A stretch of DNA of 64,000 bases, from assembly GCA_044227615.1 (NCBI GenBank), contig JBGAWM010000013.1:521-64520 (forward strand), written 5' to 3'. The position numbers and the translations under genes were made by a program. Below are positions 60,892 through 64,000 of this stretch, one piece after another; position 1 is the first letter of the stretch, and every line of letters begins with the position of its first letter. The notes beneath the pieces are model-generated. The model did no database searches, had not been told where the DNA came from, and saw nothing but the letters and a program-made list of their open reading frames with translations. This stretch comes from Ignavibacteriaceae bacterium (GTDB lineage Bacteria; Bacteroidota; Ignavibacteria; Ignavibacteriales; Ignavibacteriaceae).

Positions 60892-61811
60892 ATTCTTTCA
60901 GCCGCTCTAAGTTTTGCACTTCTTGCTCGATAGTTATTTTTAATCTCTTCTTCACTTGGCAAAAGTGGTTTTCTAGTAATCAACTTTAACCGTGCTTCTT
61001 TTTTAATTAATCCAAGTGGATCCTCTTTTGGAGATAAACTCACAATCGTTTCAGCTTTAAAAAAATCTTTAACAATTCTGTCCTCAAGCGAATGATAAGA
61101 TATTACAACTATTCGTCCACCCTTTTTTAATACTTTAAGTGAATTCTCAAGAAATAATTTAAGATTACCTAACTCATCATTTACATATATACGTAGCGCC
61201 TGGAAAATTCTTGATAAAGTTTTTCGTTGAAAGTTTTGTGGAACCAGATCATTAATTATTGAAACCAATTGTCCTGTAGTTTCAATTTTATTTACTACGC
61301 GTTTTTCTACAATTGCTCTGGATATCTTTCTTGAATTTTTCTCTTCACCGTATTCATAGAAAACATTTGCAAGATCTTCTTCTGAAAATGTATTTATAAT
61401 ATCCGCAGCGTTTATCTTTTTGGTCTTGTCCATTCGTAAGTCTAGAAACGCATCACTACGGTATGTAAAACCGGAATCCGGATTATCTAATTGAAATGAT
61501 GATACTCCTAAATCTGCAAGTACACCATTATAGTTTTCTATTGATTCTATTTTTGCAATCACATCTATAAAAGAGTAATTAAAATTGTATAAACTAACTC
61601 CAGATTCTTCTGCGAATTTATTTTTTGAAAATTCAAATGCATCCGTATCAACATCCGATGCAATAAGACGACCATCATTATTTATTCTTTTCAGGATTTC
61701 ACTTGAATGCCCGCCAAAACCTAATGTTGCATCAAAGTAAATTCCAGAACGATCAGTAATTAAAAGATCCAAACTTTCTTTAAGCATCACAGGAACATGA
61801 TGCTCACTCAT
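60888..61811 (-). CDS. rsmH: 16S rRNA (cytosine1402-N4)-methyltransferase
   Basis: HHVPVML.E....L......Y.DATLGFGGHS and DLGVSS.QLD motifs. Confidence 0.95.
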   Translation of the reverse strand: MSEHHVPVMLKESLDLLITDRSGIYFDATLGFGGHSSEILKRINNDGRLIASDVDTDAFEFSKNKFAEESGVSLYNFNYSFIDVIAKIESIENYNGVLADLGVSSFQLDNPDSGFTYRSDAFLDLRMDKTKKINAADIINTFSEEDLANVFYEYGEEKNSRKISRAIVEKRVVNKIETTGQLVSIINDLVPQNFQRKTLSRIFQALRIYVNDELGNLKLFLENSLKVLKKGGRIVVISYHSLEDRIVKDFFKAETIVSLSPKEDPLGLIKKEARLKLITRKPLLPSEEEIKNNYRARSAKLRAAERI

Positions 61812-62248
61812 TTAGTAGCCATAACTTTTGCCGCAATCTCCTCATAAGTTTGCGGTGACTGTAATAAGTACTCTTCATAAACCTTTGGATTCCAAACTTC
61901 TATTTTTTTGAGAGCACCAAGTATCAAAACTTCTTTTTCAATCTTTGCATATGTAATTAAAGTAGATGGAATCATAATTCTTGACTGACCATCCATAACA
62001 TCTTCAGCAGCAAACTGAACAAACATTCTAATAAATCTTGCATCATCTGGCTGAAAAGAATTTAGATTTAAAAGTGATTCCTCGATCTTCTGCCATTCAT
62101 CCAGCGGGTACAAATCGATACAATTGGATAGACCTCTGGTCATCACAAACGTTTCGTTTGCATCAGCAGAAATATGCTTTCTAAGTTTAGCCGGTATAGC
62201 AATCCGACCTTTAGAATCTATTGAATATGTAAATTGACCTCTAAACAT
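61808..62248 (-). CDS. mraZ: transcriptional regulator MraZ
   Basis: MFRGQFTYSIDSKGRIAIPAKLRK is the canonical MraZ N-terminus, with a second DxxGR-like repeat (DGQSRIMIP). ATG at 62248 is preferred; the upstream extension overlaps the operator repeats. Confidence 0.9.
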   Translation of the reverse strand: MFRGQFTYSIDSKGRIAIPAKLRKHISADANETFVMTRGLSNCIDLYPLDEWQKIEESLLNLNSFQPDDARFIRMFVQFAAEDVMDGQSRIMIPSTLITYAKIEKEVLILGALKKIEVWNPKVYEEYLLQSPQTYEEIAAKVMATK

Positions 62249-62270
62249 TTCTTTCTTATTTGGGATAATT

Positions 62271-62295
62271 CCACATTTTTCCCCACTACAACCCA
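62271..62295 (-). promoter_or_regulatory. putative MraZ operator: three direct repeats at 10-bp phasing
   Basis: The minus strand reads TGGGT-tgtag-TGGGG-aaaaa-TGTGG. This resembles the three TGGGN repeats with 5-nt spacers bound by E. coli MraZ. It lies about 23 nt upstream of the mraZ ATG. Confidence 0.55.
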
Positions 62296-62604
62296 AAATA
62301 ATGGAAAAATTTAGCTAAAGTCAAGAAAAACTTAAAAAATAATTTAAAAAAATTAGACTGCTTAGGATAGTAAACAGGACAGAATCCGTGTAATGGTTAG
62401 TTGGAATTGAAAATCATCATTTAATTTAATCGCAATTCTAAAATGAGTAGAGAATTTAAAAATTAAATCTTATCCATTGTGTTTAACAAAATCATAATTG
62501 ATAATGTAATTATTGAATAACTCAATAAAAAAAATCTATCACATTTTATATTATCAAAAAAAGTACGAGTTATAAAAAGTAAAATGCAATGTTTTTATTT
62601 AATT

Positions 62605-63018
62605 CTATAAATTTAATGCAGCCATTGCTTTACTAAACTGTTCAGTTCTTATATATATAATATATCCAAAGCCACCCTCGCCATCTGTAACCGCAGTGGA
62701 TGCAACAATATTAACTCCGTAATCAAATAACTTTTTATGAACTTCAGTAAGCGCGCCTAATTCATCAGTCCCCTGTACCATTAATGCTGGAACGGGTCCA
62801 TGAATTAATAACGAAGCTTTTTTAGCTTCAACTTTAAGTTTATCGGAGTCCTCCGGGAATAATGTGAATTGAGTGTTTAACAATCCACTTGGCACCGCTG
62901 TAAAAGCGAGAAGATTAACTCCAACTTCCGCTAATAGTGTTAGCAGTTTGTAAGATTCACCTGGCTGATCTTCAACTGTGCAATAGAAGTAATCGACTTT
63001 TCTAACTTTGTTTGTCAT
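62605..63018 (-). CDS. ACT domain-containing protein (tandem ACT-like)
   Basis: VDYFYCTVEDQPGESYKLLTLLAEVGVNLLAF and a second similar module. ATG at 63018 is preceded by the strong SD AAGGAGA. Confidence 0.6.
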   Translation of the reverse strand: MTNKVRKVDYFYCTVEDQPGESYKLLTLLAEVGVNLLAFTAVPSGLLNTQFTLFPEDSDKLKVEAKKASLLIHGPVPALMVQGTDELGALTEVHKKLFDYGVNIVASTAVTDGEGGFGYIIYIRTEQFSKAMAALNL

Positions 63019-63112
63019 GATTGTCTCCTTTTGCTTCAAAAGATATTTAATTCTAAATATAAATTTAATTTCAACATTTACTATGATAAGAAATTATAAA
63101 TAAATCTTAGAT

Positions 63113-63736
63113 TTAATTGTTTAACTTAAGTCTTTTAAAGATTACGTAATGTTCACCATAACTTAATGGCTTTGTAAAATCTCCTTCTTTTAACTTACTT
63201 AATTCAAAACTTATGTCTTCAGGAAAATATTTAATGTTTACATTTCCAATAAATCCATTATTAGCCTTAGAATTACTTGTAGAGTAAGCTAAGACAAGGG
63301 TAGTAAAGTCGGCACCATTTAGGAGCGCTTGATAAACTGAATCTGCATCTTCAAGATTATCAATTTGGATTTCTGCTAATGATAATAATTTTGGTTCTGT
63401 AAATACTACTCTGATTTTTCTGCGCACAACCAGATTTATTGGATGCCCATCATAAATTGCAGGACTGTATTTCCATTTAATTAGTGAAAGTACTGCAAGT
63501 GAATCCCAAACTGCATCACCACTTTTCGTTAATAGCTTTGCTCTTTCAACATCACCATCTTTATTGATTTGCATTTCACAAAAGAATTCGAAATAATTAT
63601 TAAAAGTTGATTCTTTAAGCGGGGGTAACTCAGATTGCTTTAACAGTTTTGGCTGGATAAGAGCCTTTTCATCGGGTTGAAAGACTGTGCAGCCCGAGTT
63701 AATTAAAAAGAGACAAATGAAAATAATCTTTTTCAT
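63113..63736 (-). CDS. lipoprotein combining a TonB-C-like domain and a parvulin (PpiC-type) PPIase-like domain
   Basis: Lipobox NSGC. The middle region GDVERAKLLTKSGDAVWDSLAVLSLIKWKYSPAIYDGHPI resembles TonB_C. The C-terminus ADSVYQALLNGADFTTLVLAYS......GFIGNV......F..L..G.....L....YVIFKRL resembles rotamase domains. Confidence 0.5.
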   Translation of the reverse strand: MKKIIFICLFLINSGCTVFQPDEKALIQPKLLKQSELPPLKESTFNNYFEFFCEMQINKDGDVERAKLLTKSGDAVWDSLAVLSLIKWKYSPAIYDGHPINLVVRRKIRVVFTEPKLLSLAEIQIDNLEDADSVYQALLNGADFTTLVLAYSTSNSKANNGFIGNVNIKYFPEDISFELSKLKEGDFTKPLSYGEHYVIFKRLKLNN

Positions 63737-63779
63737 TTAGTACCTCTTACCATTTTAATTTCAAAACAATTCTAAATAA

Positions 63780-64000
63780 TTACAGATCTTTTCTTAACCA
63801 GTTTTCTGTTTCCGAGTAGAATGCATCCATCGCGGCTATTAAAGTGGTTTGTTTAGAAATATTAAGTTTACTTAAGATCTTGTAATGAAGTTCAAAATTA
63901 TTCTTATCTAACTTTTGGATAAATGATTTGGCTTTTCTGGATAATGTTAAATTTAAACAGCGCCAATCATTACGATTAGACTCTCTTGTAATATAACCTT
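63780..64000 (-). CDS. MarR-family transcriptional regulator, C-terminal part (5' end beyond window)
   Basis: Own translation of the reverse strand: GYITRESNRNDWRCLNLTLSRKAKSFIQKLDKNNFELHYKILSKL...WLRKDL*. The wing region R..N..D.R...L.LT..G is MarR-like. The stop codon is at 63780-63782. Confidence 0.55.
   Translation of the reverse strand, partial: GYITRESNRNDWRCLNLTLSRKAKSFIQKLDKNNFELHYKILSKLNISKQTTLIAAMDAFYSETENWLRKDL

Noticed and set aside
62249-62296. 16-aa N-terminal extension of MraZ (MGCSGEKCGIIPNKKE)
   Set aside because: The canonical MraZ N-terminus starts at the internal Met. The extension overlaps the three phased TGGGN-like operator repeats.

Overview
AT-rich bacterial chromosomal segment. 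T9SS-type C-terminal sorting domains, many lipoproteins and the gene content suggest an FCB-group organism (Ignavibacteria/Bacteroidota-like); this is inference only. Most of the window is housekeeping. It includes a partial transketolase, pdxJ, a CIRCE-controlled groES-groEL operon, a PiT/DUF47 phosphate pair, alanine dehydrogenase, a Fur-family regulator with katG, an attenuator-controlled pyrR-pyrB-pyrC operon, tRNA-Pro(CGG) and yajQ. A complete minus-strand dcw cluster runs mraZ-rsmH-ftsL-ftsI-murE-murF-mraY-murD-ftsW-murG-(extra membrane ORF)-murC-ftsQ-ftsA-ftsZ. Two regions look accessory. (1) 41.5-45.3 kb holds a tRNA-Pro with a duplicated 3' end. It is followed by a REP-associated tyrosine transposase (RAYT) bracketed by two ~110-bp REPIN-like repeats, an N-terminally truncated dnaE, and a hairpin-rich palindromic element. 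(2) 21.7-23.4 kb holds a two-gene cassette (small lipoprotein plus a TIR-like protein with an unknown C-terminal domain) flanked by copies of a GC-rich hairpin motif. Other points of interest are a tandem CbbX/SpoVK-like AAA+ protein with an unknown N-domain next to an ABC exporter, a lone AddA-like helicase with an Fe-S type nuclease domain, and an orphan sRNA candidate. No CRISPR array, rRNA or clear prophage was seen. All functional calls come from reading motifs in the supplied translations; no database search was run.
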